Part shown: one piece after another, positions 11,201 through 23,200 of the stretch
How positions within the stretch are numbered: position 1 is the stretch's first letter
How the letters are laid out: every line of letters starts with the position of its first letter
Assembly: GCA_028534125.1 (NCBI GenBank)
Contig: CM052849.1
Coordinates: 20,460,001 to 20,524,000 of the forward strand
DNA: 64,000 bases
Reading direction: 5' to 3'
Source of the DNA: Lama glama
Lineage: Eukaryota
Program-made: the position numbers and the translations under genes
Notes under the pieces: model-generated
What the model saw: the letters and a program-made list of their open reading frames with translations, nothing else
What the model was told of the DNA's origin: nothing
Databases searched by the model: none

Positions 11201-14200
11201 CCCCCCATCAAGCCCCTGTACGCACCTGCGTCCTGCCTGCGCTGGCTGTCGGCGGGGGGGCGGGGCTCGGTTTACCCTTTGTCCTTAGCGTTTCCTCCTT
11301 CGGTGTGTTTTCCTTCGGTTAGTAATTCTTGTGTCTTTTCTGTGCTGCAGGCTTGGCATGAATCCCTTTCAGAAAAACCCCAAGCATGCCTCCGTGTTGG
11401 CAGAAAGGTATTTCTGTATTCGTGACTCAGTTTTCACTCTTTGAAATGATCTCACTTTGGTGTTCTCTTAAACCCAGCAAGTTGAGTGAGTTACTGTGCA
11501 AAGGTGTGTCCAAGTGTCAGCTGGGGCGTATCATGTGGGGCGGGCCCTGTGTGGCGAGTGTCCCTGCTCATACAATGGGGTGTGTCCCTGCCTGCAGTCT
11601 GGTGGAGGACAGGCTGACATACTTGACGGGCTGCCTCCCCTTTCTTCATCACTCCCACCTCTATAATCTGTCCTACAGCTTGTTGGCTCTGCCTTAAAAA
11701 TGCATCCTGTCGGGGGGTGAGTGTACTGCTTTGAACATCTGCAAAGGAACAAAGAAGGTGCCTGGGTGGGTGGGCAGAGAGGGGTGGATGTGAGGAAGCA
11801 GAGAGTGAAACAGCCTCCTGGTGTCCAGGGTGCTGGGGGTGTGGGCATTTGCTGTAGTCCCTGCGCCTTCCTATACGTTTGTCTTTTTATAATAAAGTTT
11901 CGGGAAAAAAACAGATGTTCAGATGTAGCCCAGCTGCCCTTCTGGCTCCAGCTCTCCTTGTTGCTGGGTAGGTTGTGCAGACACCACCCGGGCCCGGCCC
12001 CACTGGGAGCCCCCGGCCTGCTGGGGCTGCCTCGGGTGCGCAGGCCGCCCCGCCTCACGGCTCTGCCTGGCTGGGCACTCTCTCTGGGGCGGTCTCCCTG
12101 GACGTGTGCACGGCTCCCTTCCCCACACACTGTCGTCCTCGCCTGGTTGGACTGCCACCCATGCAGATTGTCTGTACGTTTTTAATGACTCCCTCGGTGT
12201 CTGCGCGAGCTCTGTGGACACAGATTCTAGGTGCTCGAGACAGAGCCGGTGTCCACGTGAATCTGTTGAGTGGCTTGATGAACTATTGTCCTGCCTGTTT
12301 TTCTTAATATGCCGCGTGCCGAGCACCAGGCTGGCCTGGGGGCTCCGCAGTGACCAAGATGGGCCCCATCCTGCTCTCTTATCTCACATGAGACACAAAA
12401 TGCTGAGCCCTCACGGAGGGTGAGGGTTCACCTGGAGGCGGGCAGAACTTAGCAAGGCAGAGCCGAGGGCAGGCGGGCTGCAGGCTTGCGGGGCCATCAG
12501 CGAAGGGGCCCGCTGGGCGGGTGTGGCGGGGCTGGAGAGGGCCGGGCGTGTCTGTCATGGTCCCTGTTCGGCTGAGTGAGGGTGGCCATGGGCAGGAGTG
12601 TGCAGTGGGGTGGGAGGGCAGCCAACCAGAAGGCCGGTCTGCAGGGTGGGAGGAGGAGGTCTGGGGATGGCGCCACCAAGGTGGAGGAGCCTGTGGTGAG
12701 TAGGGAGGCCCAGGGGCAGCGCGGAGGTAACCGAGGGCCTTGGCGGAAGCAGATGTGGTGTGAAGTCCTCCGGGAGTGAGTTGGCAAGATACAGGAAATT
12801 TTGGGGGGGGGGATTATTTTAATGGAGGAATTGGGGGTTGAACCCAGAACTTCGTGCATGCTAACCAGGCACTCTGCCACTGAGCTGTACCTGCCCACCT
12901 GCTCTTTGGGGGAGGGCTGATGCTCAGCGCGGCAGGGCAGGTGGGCTTCGGGAGGGGCAGGTGCCCTGCAGTCTCGCCCCAACGCGTTCTGGGGCACGCG
13001 GACCAGGCCTACCCCGCCCGCCGTCCGGGGCCGTTCTGGGCAGGATGGGAGGAGAGGTCCAGGGTAGACTGGCAGCCTTTCTCCTTTCCAAGTCCGATCA
13101 GCTCAGCGCCGTGGCGCTCAGGGCTTGATAGGAGTTACCTCCCAGCGCCGGGCAGCTTGGGAAAGGAGGACACTGGGTTTCCGGAACGCCGTCTACTTCA
13201 GGACTTGCCCGTGTGGTTTTAACTCTTGCATTTGTCTTTAGCGGAATCAACTACGACAAACCACTGCCTCCCATTCAAGTCGCGTCTCTGCGCGCGGAGC
13301 GGATCGCCAAGGAAAAGAAGGTGTGGGGCCCTGGTCCTCTGTCCCGGGAGGGCGGGGCTGGGGGGTGGGCGGAGGGCGGGGCTGGGGGTGGGCGGAGGGC
13401 GGGGCTGCCGGCTCTGACTCCTCCCACTGCCCCCCCCCCCGCAGGCCCTGGCGGATCAGCAGAAGGCGCAGCAGCCGCCCGTGGCGCCGCCCCCGCCTCC
13501 CCCGCCGCAGCCGCAGCCGCCGCCGCCCCAGCAGCCGCCGCCGCCTCTGCCGCAGCCACAGGCAGCGGGCGGCCAGCAGCCCGCGGGGCCGCCGGCCGTG
13601 CAGCCCCAGGCCCCAGCGCAGCCCCCCGCGCAGCCGGCGCAGGCCCCGCCCAAGGTGCCCCCTGCGATCACGACGGTGGGGAGTGCAGCGGTGCTGGTGA
13701 GAAGGCGCCCTCGCTGCTCTGTCCACGCGCACCCCCTGTGAGGCCTCCCGAGGAAGCGCGGGTCTGGAGGGCTGTGTCCCCCCCACGCTCCGCCAGCCCT
13801 GCCCTCCGGGGCCGGGTCACTCCGCGTGACTGGGGAGGTGGAGGTTCTGAAGCAGGGCTCTGGGAAGCGTGGCTGTGAAGAACCGCGCGCTCTTTCCTGC
13901 AGACTTGCAGAGCAGGCCCTGTTAGTGCGCTCTGTCCCCTCCTGGCCCTGCCCCGCTTCCCCTCAGAGCAGAGCGCACGTGCGCGTGCGCGAGAAAGAGA
14001 AAGGCAGCCGCCGGTCGCACTCCCCGCGCTGTCGCCGCCACAGCCTGGTGTGTCCCTGGCTGCGTGTGCCTGGTGTGCGTCCTGACCCCACACGGAAGGT
14101 CTTGGGAGAGCCGTTTCTTCCCTTGGTTCCTGGTTACATTTGCTGCAGGAGTGGTTTACATGCCCTCGGGCAGCTCTGTCCTCCTGTTCTGAAAACTAAG

Positions 14201-17200
14201 CGTCTGCTTGGCCTGAGGGCTGCTCCGTGCGTGGTAGGTGGTGAGGACGAGACTGCAGAGCTGAACCCTGGGCTGCGGCCTCAGTGACCTCAGTCAGAGA
14301 AGAATGGGAAACGGCAAGCGCGGGGGCCCTCAGCTTGGCAAGTGTGGAGTCAGGAGGGTCAGCGTGGCCAGAGCCTGGCGACTGGGCTGCGTGGGGGCAG
14401 AAGTCAGCCTCATGGGCCGGGTAGCTGTGGTTAGGAGTTTGGATTGGATTCTGATGAAACGGAAGCCTTTGGAGGAGAGCTCGACCTGAAACTCAGACGG
14501 TTTTCTTTCTTCAGCAGGCAGGCGCCATTAAGACGTCTGTTACAGGGACAAGCATGCCTACGGGTAAGAGTCAGAGATGCCACGATCCAGGACAGTCCTT
14601 CCCTCTCCCCCTGCCTCACAGCCCCTCTCTCTGCAGGTGCGGTGAGCGGAAACGTGATTGTGAACACCATCGCTGGTGTCCCCGCCGCCACCTTCCAGTC
14701 CATTAACAAGCGCCTAGCTTCACCCGTGGCACCTGGAGCCTTGACCGTGAGTTGTCTCTGCCCCTGGGTGCTTGTGGTGGCATGAGTGGCCTAGGAGGCT
14801 GCAGAAGTTGTTTGCTTTTTGAAAAATATTCCGTCGGTACAGGAAGTGCTAATCTAAGACTCGTGACCATTCAGGTGTTCAGAGGATGGTTTCTGTGTTG
14901 TCTTCCAAGGGAGTGTGCGTGTGGAAACCCACCATGTGATTGTGGGAGGTGGTGGGCTATGAAGGCGCCCACGTGCCACGGTGACAGATGTGCCTGGTGG
15001 GGGACGTTGGGGCTCTCGCACGGTGTCACAGGATGGCGGGACACGCCTTCACGCGGCTTGCCCAAGTGTGCAAGTGCTGTACTGGGCACGAGGGGTCAGT
15101 TTCTGGGGGTCCAGGCCCAGGTGTGGACGCGGAGCTGCAGGCCCCCTGAGCTTGTAACCAAAGGAGACAGGGCGCTCAGCAGAAGACACAGCTGGCTGGC
15201 TGTGGTGTGTCACCGTAAGAAGCAGACAAGAACAACTGAAATGAAGGAGTTTACATTGCATCCTGATTTCCAGTTGAGCCATAGGCCTGAAAGCACCCTG
15301 TGTGCCCTGAATGAGACAAAGCGGTTTCAAAGTCAGCAGTGCTGTGGCAGGTTGTGTGATGTCTCTCTTGGGCTCTGAGACGTGTCTTTCCTACGAAGGA
15401 GTTGCTGTAGTGATGTAGACAGTGTGGAGTTGGCAGGGGCAGACCGTAAGACCACGAGAGGACGAGGGTCCGTGCAGACCCACACGTACAAGTCAGGCAG
15501 GCCTCATTGGGAGTGTCCGAGGGTCTCAGTGGAGAATGGTGCTGGAGGAGGGGTAGCCATACGCAGAACTGAAGTGTATACAGTATCTACGGAAAGTCAT
15601 CAGAATGGATCACAGACCCGAATGTAAAACCCAAAACTAGAGAACTTCTAGAAGAAAACATAGGACATCTTTGCTACCTTGATTAGGCAAAGATTTCTTA
15701 GGATATCAAAAGCATGCAAATTGTGGTGGGAAAAATAATGTAGGCTTCTTCAAATCAAGAACTTCTGCTTTTTGGAAACTTATTAAGAAATGAAAAGCAT
15801 GGGGAATGTTTGCAGAATGTATCTGATAAAGAATTGGTATTCAGATTATATAAAGATTCTCCAATATAAAGAGTCTTCAGCGAGGAGGGTATAGCTCAGT
15901 GGTAGAGTATGTGCTTAGCATGCATGAGGTCCTGGGTTCCATCCCCAGTACCTCCACTAAAAGTTAATAGGTAAACTTAATTACCTCCCCCTCAGAAAAA
16001 CAAAGACAAAATAAAAAAACCAAAAAACAAACACCTACATTAAAGGGAGAGGTCCTCTCATTTAAAAAAAAAGATTCTTCAGTCAATAATAAGAAAACAG
16101 ACAACTGTAAGAAATGGAAGGTCTGAGCAGTTACTTTGCCACAGACCATACACGGATGGCACATAAAACACGAGAAGGCGTGCAGCGCGTCGTCACTCGG
16201 GAGAGGTAACAGCCGAGTCTCCAGCACCACACACCTGCGAGGACGGCCTGCAGGAAGCCCGAAGGCCGGCGGTGCCGAGCGCGGTGAGGGTGCAGGACAG
16301 CTGAAGTCCTCCAGCCAGTCTGGAAGACCGCCCGGGTGTTTCTGAGAGAGTTAACCGTACACTTAGTGTACAGCCTGTCAGTCCCACTCCTGGGTTTCCC
16401 CCAAGAGGAACGAAAACACAGGTATGCACAAAAAACCCAGACGTGACTGTGTTGAGGGGCTGTATTCATCATTACTAAGTACGGGAACGACCCGGTGTCC
16501 GGCAGCTCGGGTGGCTCTCAGGCTGGCGGGTTGCTGGCTAGCAGCCGTTTCCAGAGGCTGCATGTGTGTGTGGTTCCAGTTAAATAATTCCGGGAAGGCA
16601 AAGCCGTAGGGATGGAAACAAAATATGTTCTGTGTCTGGATTATGGTGGCTCTTTGGCCATGTACCCATGTAATTCATAGAACTCTGTACCCGAAACAGG
16701 TGAACTTTTCTGTGTGTAAATTACACACAGTAAATTGGGCTTTAAAAGTTAAAATAATCTCAGCAATGGGATATATATGAAAACGGTTTCTAGGATGTGA
16801 TTTAGGATTATTCATTCATTTTCCTTTCTGCTTTGTAATAAACTGCTTTAGATTCGGCCACTTCAGTAAATAGCAGAAGCTATTAGGCCTGTGGCATTAG
16901 GGTCATTCTGTACGACCGGTGCCGCCGCTTCTGGGAGGGTGGCAGACTACGCTCAATTGCATTTGATGTTTTACTTTGAAAAAGACCTGTTTCTTTGGTG
17001 ATACACTTGAAAGAGAGCAGTTGATCCACAATGTGTTTTTTGAGCAACTCTTGTAGACAGGATTCTCTCCCTGGTGATGTGGAGACAGGAGTAGGAATCA
17101 AACTGGTGGCACGCCTTCATAGCGCCCCTGCAGTCCTAGGGCCGGAGCACAGAGGAGGCACAGGTGACAGGCGGGGAAGGCGGCTGGGGCTCCTACAGAC

Positions 17201-20200
17201 CAGGGAGATGAGCCACAGAAACGGCTCTCGGGAAGATGGCAAGCCGTGTGAGCAGAGGGTCAGCAGCGAGAGAGGGGATGGCGTATCCAGGGCAGAGTGG
17301 GCGGTTCTGGTCAGATGGAGGACAGAACGCATCAGCAGAGGCGTGATGGGGCCCACAGCCTCCCAGAGGCTCTTGAGTGGCTCCGTCTGCTTGGCCTGGT
17401 GACCTCGAGGCCAGATTGTTTGGGGGCTTGGAGATCAGGCCAGAGAACACGGGTTTTGTTCACCATGTGATGGGGAGCCCTTGACAATCTTTGAGCAGTG
17501 GTATGTTTTAGGAAAAGTCGTGTGATGAGCGGATTAGAGCAGGAAAGTTTAGAGCTGCTTCAGTAGTGTGGGAAGGGACTTCTGTTTCTGGTATTAAGGT
17601 GAGTTATTTATACCACTTTCCTAATGAACTGAAATTATTGGATAAAAAATGTAAACATCTTAAAAGCCTCAAGGAACTGCCCGAGAGTAACTGATTATTA
17701 GGCCAAAATCTAAGGGAAGAGGAAACCCAGAGGTAAACAGTGCACTGAGGCTGTGTCTGCCTTAGAGTACACTCCCCTTCTCAGACAGGGGCCTCCTGTT
17801 CAAGCCCAAGGCCCCGCCCACCCGGCTGGAACGTGAGGAAGGAGGCGTGGATACCTTGAGACAGGGTCTGGATGGCGGAGGTTGGAGGGCAGGGTGAACC
17901 AGAAGGAAAGTCCATCTGCCCTACACCCTCATGCTGAGCAGAGGTGGGGTCGGGGACTCTTCCTGCAAAGTTGGAGCCACAAGTCAGCTCTCGGTCAGTT
18001 TGCAGCTTGAAAGTTGCCTCCAAAGGGCCCCCTAACCCTCAAATCCAGTGATGTAGTCCTGGATGGGCAGTGTCCCTGGATGGTGGCCAGAGTCACATGC
18101 AGATTTTTCTGGACGTGTATGCCTTTGTCCTGGGCTTGTTGGAGTGTGTGCAGTGGCTTTTCAGGTGCAGTGAGCAGCATGTGAAAGAAGATAACCAAGC
18201 ACACAAGGGAAGGCAGCACCACGAGGGAGAGTGAGCAGAAACAGCCCACAATAGTGGGCTGGCCTTTACGGCTTGAGATAGTGGGGTTATTGGGTACAGG
18301 TTATAGAACCATTATACTTTTGTTTTAAAGAAATAAGAGACGCTTGAGAATGTAAAAACCAGGAAACTATAAAAAAAAAAAGCCAACATAGAGAACTTTA
18401 AGAAATGAAAAAAACAGTTACCAACATTGAAACATAAATCTTATAATTGGGCTTAATATCAGTTTCCACACAGTTGAAGAGAGACTTAGTGAACTGGAAG
18501 GTAAATCACAAGAAGTTATTCGGCACGTGGCGGGGGAGATAGCAGGCGGAGGTACTGGAGAGAATTTAGAGCTGTGGAGGACGGGGTGAGAGGAGGTGAC
18601 ATGTGGTTACTCAGAGTTCCAGACAGAGTTGAGCAGAGACCGTAGAGGTTCCCAGAACTGATGGACGGCACTGACTTGTACACGCCCAAAGCCCAGCTCA
18701 CCTGCACCTACGTGATGCCAGTGATGAGGAGGTCTTGGCTGCAGCCAGAGAAAAGGCAGGTTGCCTTCAGAAGTCCATCAGCTTCCTGCTCGGTGGGAGA
18801 GCTGAAGTCAGGAGCCAGGGGATGACATTTTTGCTGGAGGGAGAGAAAACTACTGCCAGCTGGAGGTTCTGTATCTTCTGAAAATGCCTTGAGCAACAAC
18901 GGTAAAATAAAAAACATTTCGAACAAGGCTTGAGAGCGTTACCTGCAGACCTTTCCTAAATGAACAGTCGTCCCTCAGCATCCGCGGGGGACGCATTCCA
19001 GAGCCTTCCGGGTCTGCCGAGGTCTGAGGACGCTCGCGTCCCCAGAGCCGGCCTGGGTGTCCTGGTCCTGCGCTGTGGGGTCTGTCAGCCTAGGTCAGGT
19101 AGCGCTGGATGACAGACTGAGAAAAATCCACGTGCAGGTGGACCCGTGCAGCGCAAGCCCGTGTTGCTGCTCAAGGGTCAGCTGTACTGGAGGCAGAAGG
19201 TAGGTGCTCCCAGATGGAAGGTCTGTGAAACGAGAGCAGAGGAAACAAGTATGTGACGTAGTTGAGGTGCAAATTGACTTCATAAGCAACAGTGACTCAC
19301 TCACTGTGGGGTCAGCAGAGGTGGGTGTAGCACACGGTGCAGTGACGTGAGCTGGGAAAGCGGGAGGTGTTGAGTGTTCCAGAAGCTCTTCCTTGTTCAG
19401 GAGAAGTGTGAAGTTACTGACAAGGCTTCGGTATAATTTTTGACAAGCCACCAAAGAAAAATAGAGTATAACTTCTAAACTTAGGGAAAAGTGGGGTGAG
19501 AAAAAAATCTGAAAGAAAGCAAGAAAGGTGATTAAAAGGCACATGGAATGGAGGAGAGGACAGAGCTCAGTGCTGCAGCATGGGCCTAGTGTGCACAAGG
19601 TCCTGGGTTCCATCCCCAGTGCCTCCGTTAATTAATTAACCTAATTACCTCTCCCCTCGCCCCCCGAAACATGGGACGGATAGATTGAATAGAAATCACA
19701 GAGTAAGATGCTGGGTTTAGATTTAAAACCAGAAGCAGTGGAATGTCAAAAGGTCAGAAATGAACTGAATAGTCCAGGAAGATGTCTGCACCAACGGGGC
19801 CAGCGGAGGACAGAGTCATGTTTAAGGGCAGTTTCAGAGGTGGACAGAGGTAGTTGGTCCACCGGTTGTGGGGCTGGGGTGGGGCGCTGCGCCTCGGAGG
19901 GACGCGGGAAGCCGTGGGGCTGCCCCAGGACCCGGAGCAGAAGGGGGCGGGTTCAGGAATGGCGGTGGAAAGCCGGGATCCTGGGACTGTGTGTTCTGGG
20001 GGACAAACTTGGGCATTGGGAGGATAGCCAAGAATCTCGTATGTTCCTTGGGGCCAGGAGGTCTTTTGAGTGAGCACAGGAGGACAGGGACAGCCAGCGT
20101 TTTGGAGTGGGAATGGGAACGTTGTTTCCTGAAATTTCATTCTGTGGTTACCCGTCCCCTCTGGAGCACAGGGGGCGTGCTTTGAGCTTACAGATGAAGC

Positions 20201-23200
20201 TTTCTCTTAGCACACTGTCTGTCGAAAGGCCAGCATCTGGAATGCCCTTTGTTTTCTTGGATTTAGAGTTTGCTGCCCTTTCTATCCACCCGATGAGTGT
20301 AAAAGTCTTGAGGAGCAGCACGATGCCGCCTGATAGTGTCTGTTGCCTTTTCCAGACGTCCGGAGGCTCCGCCCCCGCCCAGGTGGTCCACACCCAGCCT
20401 CGAGCGGTCGGCTCACCGGCCACGGCCACGTCGGACCTGGTGTCTCTGGCACCAACTCAGGGCGTTCGCGCAGTGACCTCGGTGACGGCCTCGGCCGTGG
20501 TCACGACCAGCCTGACCCCCGTGCAGACCACGACCCGGTCTCTGGTGACTCAGGTGTCCCAGGGTAAGGGCAGGTTTGGTTTCCCCTGCGGCCTGTCCTG
20601 CTTCTTCCGTAGGGCGGGGCCGACGCTTGCACGCGTAGTGGGCGGGGGTGGGCCAGGTCAGCCTGCAGGCTCACGGCAGGCAGCCTCTTCCAGCCACAGG
20701 GGTCCAGCTTCCCGGGAAAAGCATCACCCCGGCGCACTTCCAGCTCCTCCGGCAGCAGCAGCAGCAGCAGCAGCAGCAGCCGCAGGCGGCCTCGCAGGCG
20801 CAGGTCCCTCAGATGCAGGGCCAGGCCCAGTCGCCCGCGCAGATCAAAGCCGTAGGCAAGTTGACTCCGGTGAGCATCCTCCAGAAAGCCGTGAACACGC
20901 TGTCTGTGCGATGATGCCTTGTGTCCTGTAGTCCAGAGTGTATTCTGCATGACCGCCATTGTCTGTATGCGGGACCTGGGTCTGTCGTCTGTAAGAGCAG
21001 TTTTCCACGCGGAACCGCTGTCGTGGCGGTGTGGGCAGCTGGCTGTCAGCTCTCCGGAGGCCGTCGCCCCGGCTTCCAGGTGCACCGTCCCACTCGCTTT
21101 CTTGTGCTGTGTCTGCGTGGCAGCGTGGGCTCAGAGAGAACTGGGCGCCTCCCCCGACCAGAGAAGATGCTGGTGAAGGGCCTTCCTTGACAGTTTCAGA
21201 GACGAGGTGGTGAGGCTTGACCTCTTTAGGAAACAGTTCATTTGTGGTACTGTTTCTCAGTTAGCCGTTTGAGCACTGATGTTCCTGAGTGTCCCTGATC
21301 TCCGTATCCCCTGTGCTGTTATGTAAGGAAACACGTTCATTTTAAAAGGAAATACTATATTCCTGCCACAAATGGAAAAGCATTAGTACTCAATGTAGAA
21401 AGTAACCAGAAAAGCACATGAAATAAAAACAAGACCTTTAGAGTTGCAGCTAGCTGTTGGGCCTGCGCAGTAAGCACCTGACCCAGGCCTGCCCCATGTC
21501 GGTCACAGAGGGGACCAGGGTGCTGGAGGGCTGTGGAGGGCGTGCTGGCACTAGCGAGATCCATCCTCGAGGCACCCGACCACGTGCCACAGACACAAAG
21601 TGCAGCCAAACAAGATGTTCGGTTCCTCAGTCACACCAGCCACATTTCAAGGGCACAGTGGCCACGGTGGCTGTGATGACTGCATTGGCCAGCCCAGGTT
21701 GAGCATGTGTCCATCACTGCAGAAAGCGCTGGTGGGCAGCACCCAGCTACAGGCGAGCTGTCAGAGGGGTCTGCTTCCCTTCGCACTTCCATAGCCCTCC
21801 CCCTGCAGGGCAGCAGGGCCTTCGGCACCCTGCTCAGCGCCGCCACCCCTTTGTCTGGTCCCCTGCTCCTGCCCTTCTCCTAAACCAGGTGCAGAGTCCT
21901 TTACCTTTTCAGCCTCTTGAAAAGAGATCTGATAGTGATGAACAACTCAGTATGCTTTCTTTTTCTTTATTTTTTAAAGAAAAACATTTATTCCTTAAAG
22001 TTATTTTTTTAACTGTCTTAGTATCTTTATGTTTTGACTTCTCTTGAAGACGTGGGTTATGGATTAAATTTTCATTTGGAGACAGAATACAGAATTTAGA
22101 ACTGAAGCTTATCTTATAATAAGCTTTAAAATTTCCAGAGGGACCACAATTTTAAGACAAAATTTTTTGATGGCGTGACAGCTTTAAATTGACCTGTTTG
22201 TAAGTGATGAGAGCTGAGGAATTTGCTGATCTGTCAGAATCACTGTTGCGAGTTCTCATCAGTGATACGCTGACTTCTAATAAAGGATCGTTTTTCAGTG
22301 TTGGAAGGCCTGGAGGACGGTTTGCACACTGTATGTTAGCACTGTTTACTTTGCTATTTAACGGGTGGTGGAACAGTAACTTAAAACCAAGATTTATATT
22401 TTAAAGACCAGAACACAGGTAGCGTTGATGCAAGGTGACTTTGTCTGGGTTTCAGGAGCACCTGATCAAGATGCAGAAGCAGAAGCTGCAGCTGCCCCAG
22501 CAGGCGCCCCCGCCGCAGGCCCCCCCAGGGCCGCCTCCGCCGCCGGCACAAGTGCAGGTGCAGCCCCCGCAGCCCGCGCAGCAGCAGAGCCCCCAGCTCA
22601 CCACGGTCACGGCGCCGCGGCCCGGCGCCCTGCTCACGGGCACCACCGTGGCCAACCTCCAGGTGGCCCGGCTTGTAAGTTCCGGTCGATGTGCTTGTTT
22701 TTCCAGAGCAGCGTCTTCTTACGTTTTACCTAAGGTTTTACCTGCTGAGGCCCATGCAGGTATCACAGCGAAGTTACCAGTAAAGACGTGCTCTTTCCCC
22801 AGGAACTAGAGTTCTCTTTGGAGAGAATGCGACCCCACACGTGGGAAACATTCACGTCTGCGTACTTTCCAGGGCCCTGTGTCACAAAGCCGGTGGTGGC
22901 CCGAGAGTTGGGGGAGGAGGGAGCGAGCCAGACCATGGAGGGCAGTAGGGCTGGTGCAGGGGCCGAGGGGAGGGTGAGGTGCGGCCTGGGGAAGGCCACC
23001 CGGGGCGCTGGGCTGGAGCTCGGGGGCAAGGCCTGTGTGGCTGGAGTGGAGGGCAGGGTGAGGGAGGCCCGACGGCCCGGCTCGGGCACCGCGGTGACTT
23101 ATAGGCACTGAGACTCCACAGCTGTCTAAGGATGGGATAGCGTTGGCTGAGAGTGGTGTCTGGGAAGATTGGTTACACTTGGCGAGTGTTGGTTGAGGGT

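Larger units (their letters stand above)
17580..19750 (+). mobile_element. Old L1 5'/ORF1 fragments with nested MER8 and SINE
   Basis: gaagagagacttagtgaactggaag ORF1-like segment and A-rich composition; boundaries approximate. Confidence 0.6.

Noticed and set aside
15881-15960. tRNA gene
   Set aside because: A and B boxes belong to a SINE with A-tail and TSD; no full cloverleaf, and there are multiple diverged copies
22204-22273. Possible C/D box snoRNA (GTGATGA ... CTGA) with an 11-bp hairpin (22205-22215 / 22251-22261)
   Set aside because: No terminal stem in kink-turn register, box C is sequestered in the hairpin, and distance to the acceptor (~180 nt) is atypical; a cmscan/snoReport hit would be needed
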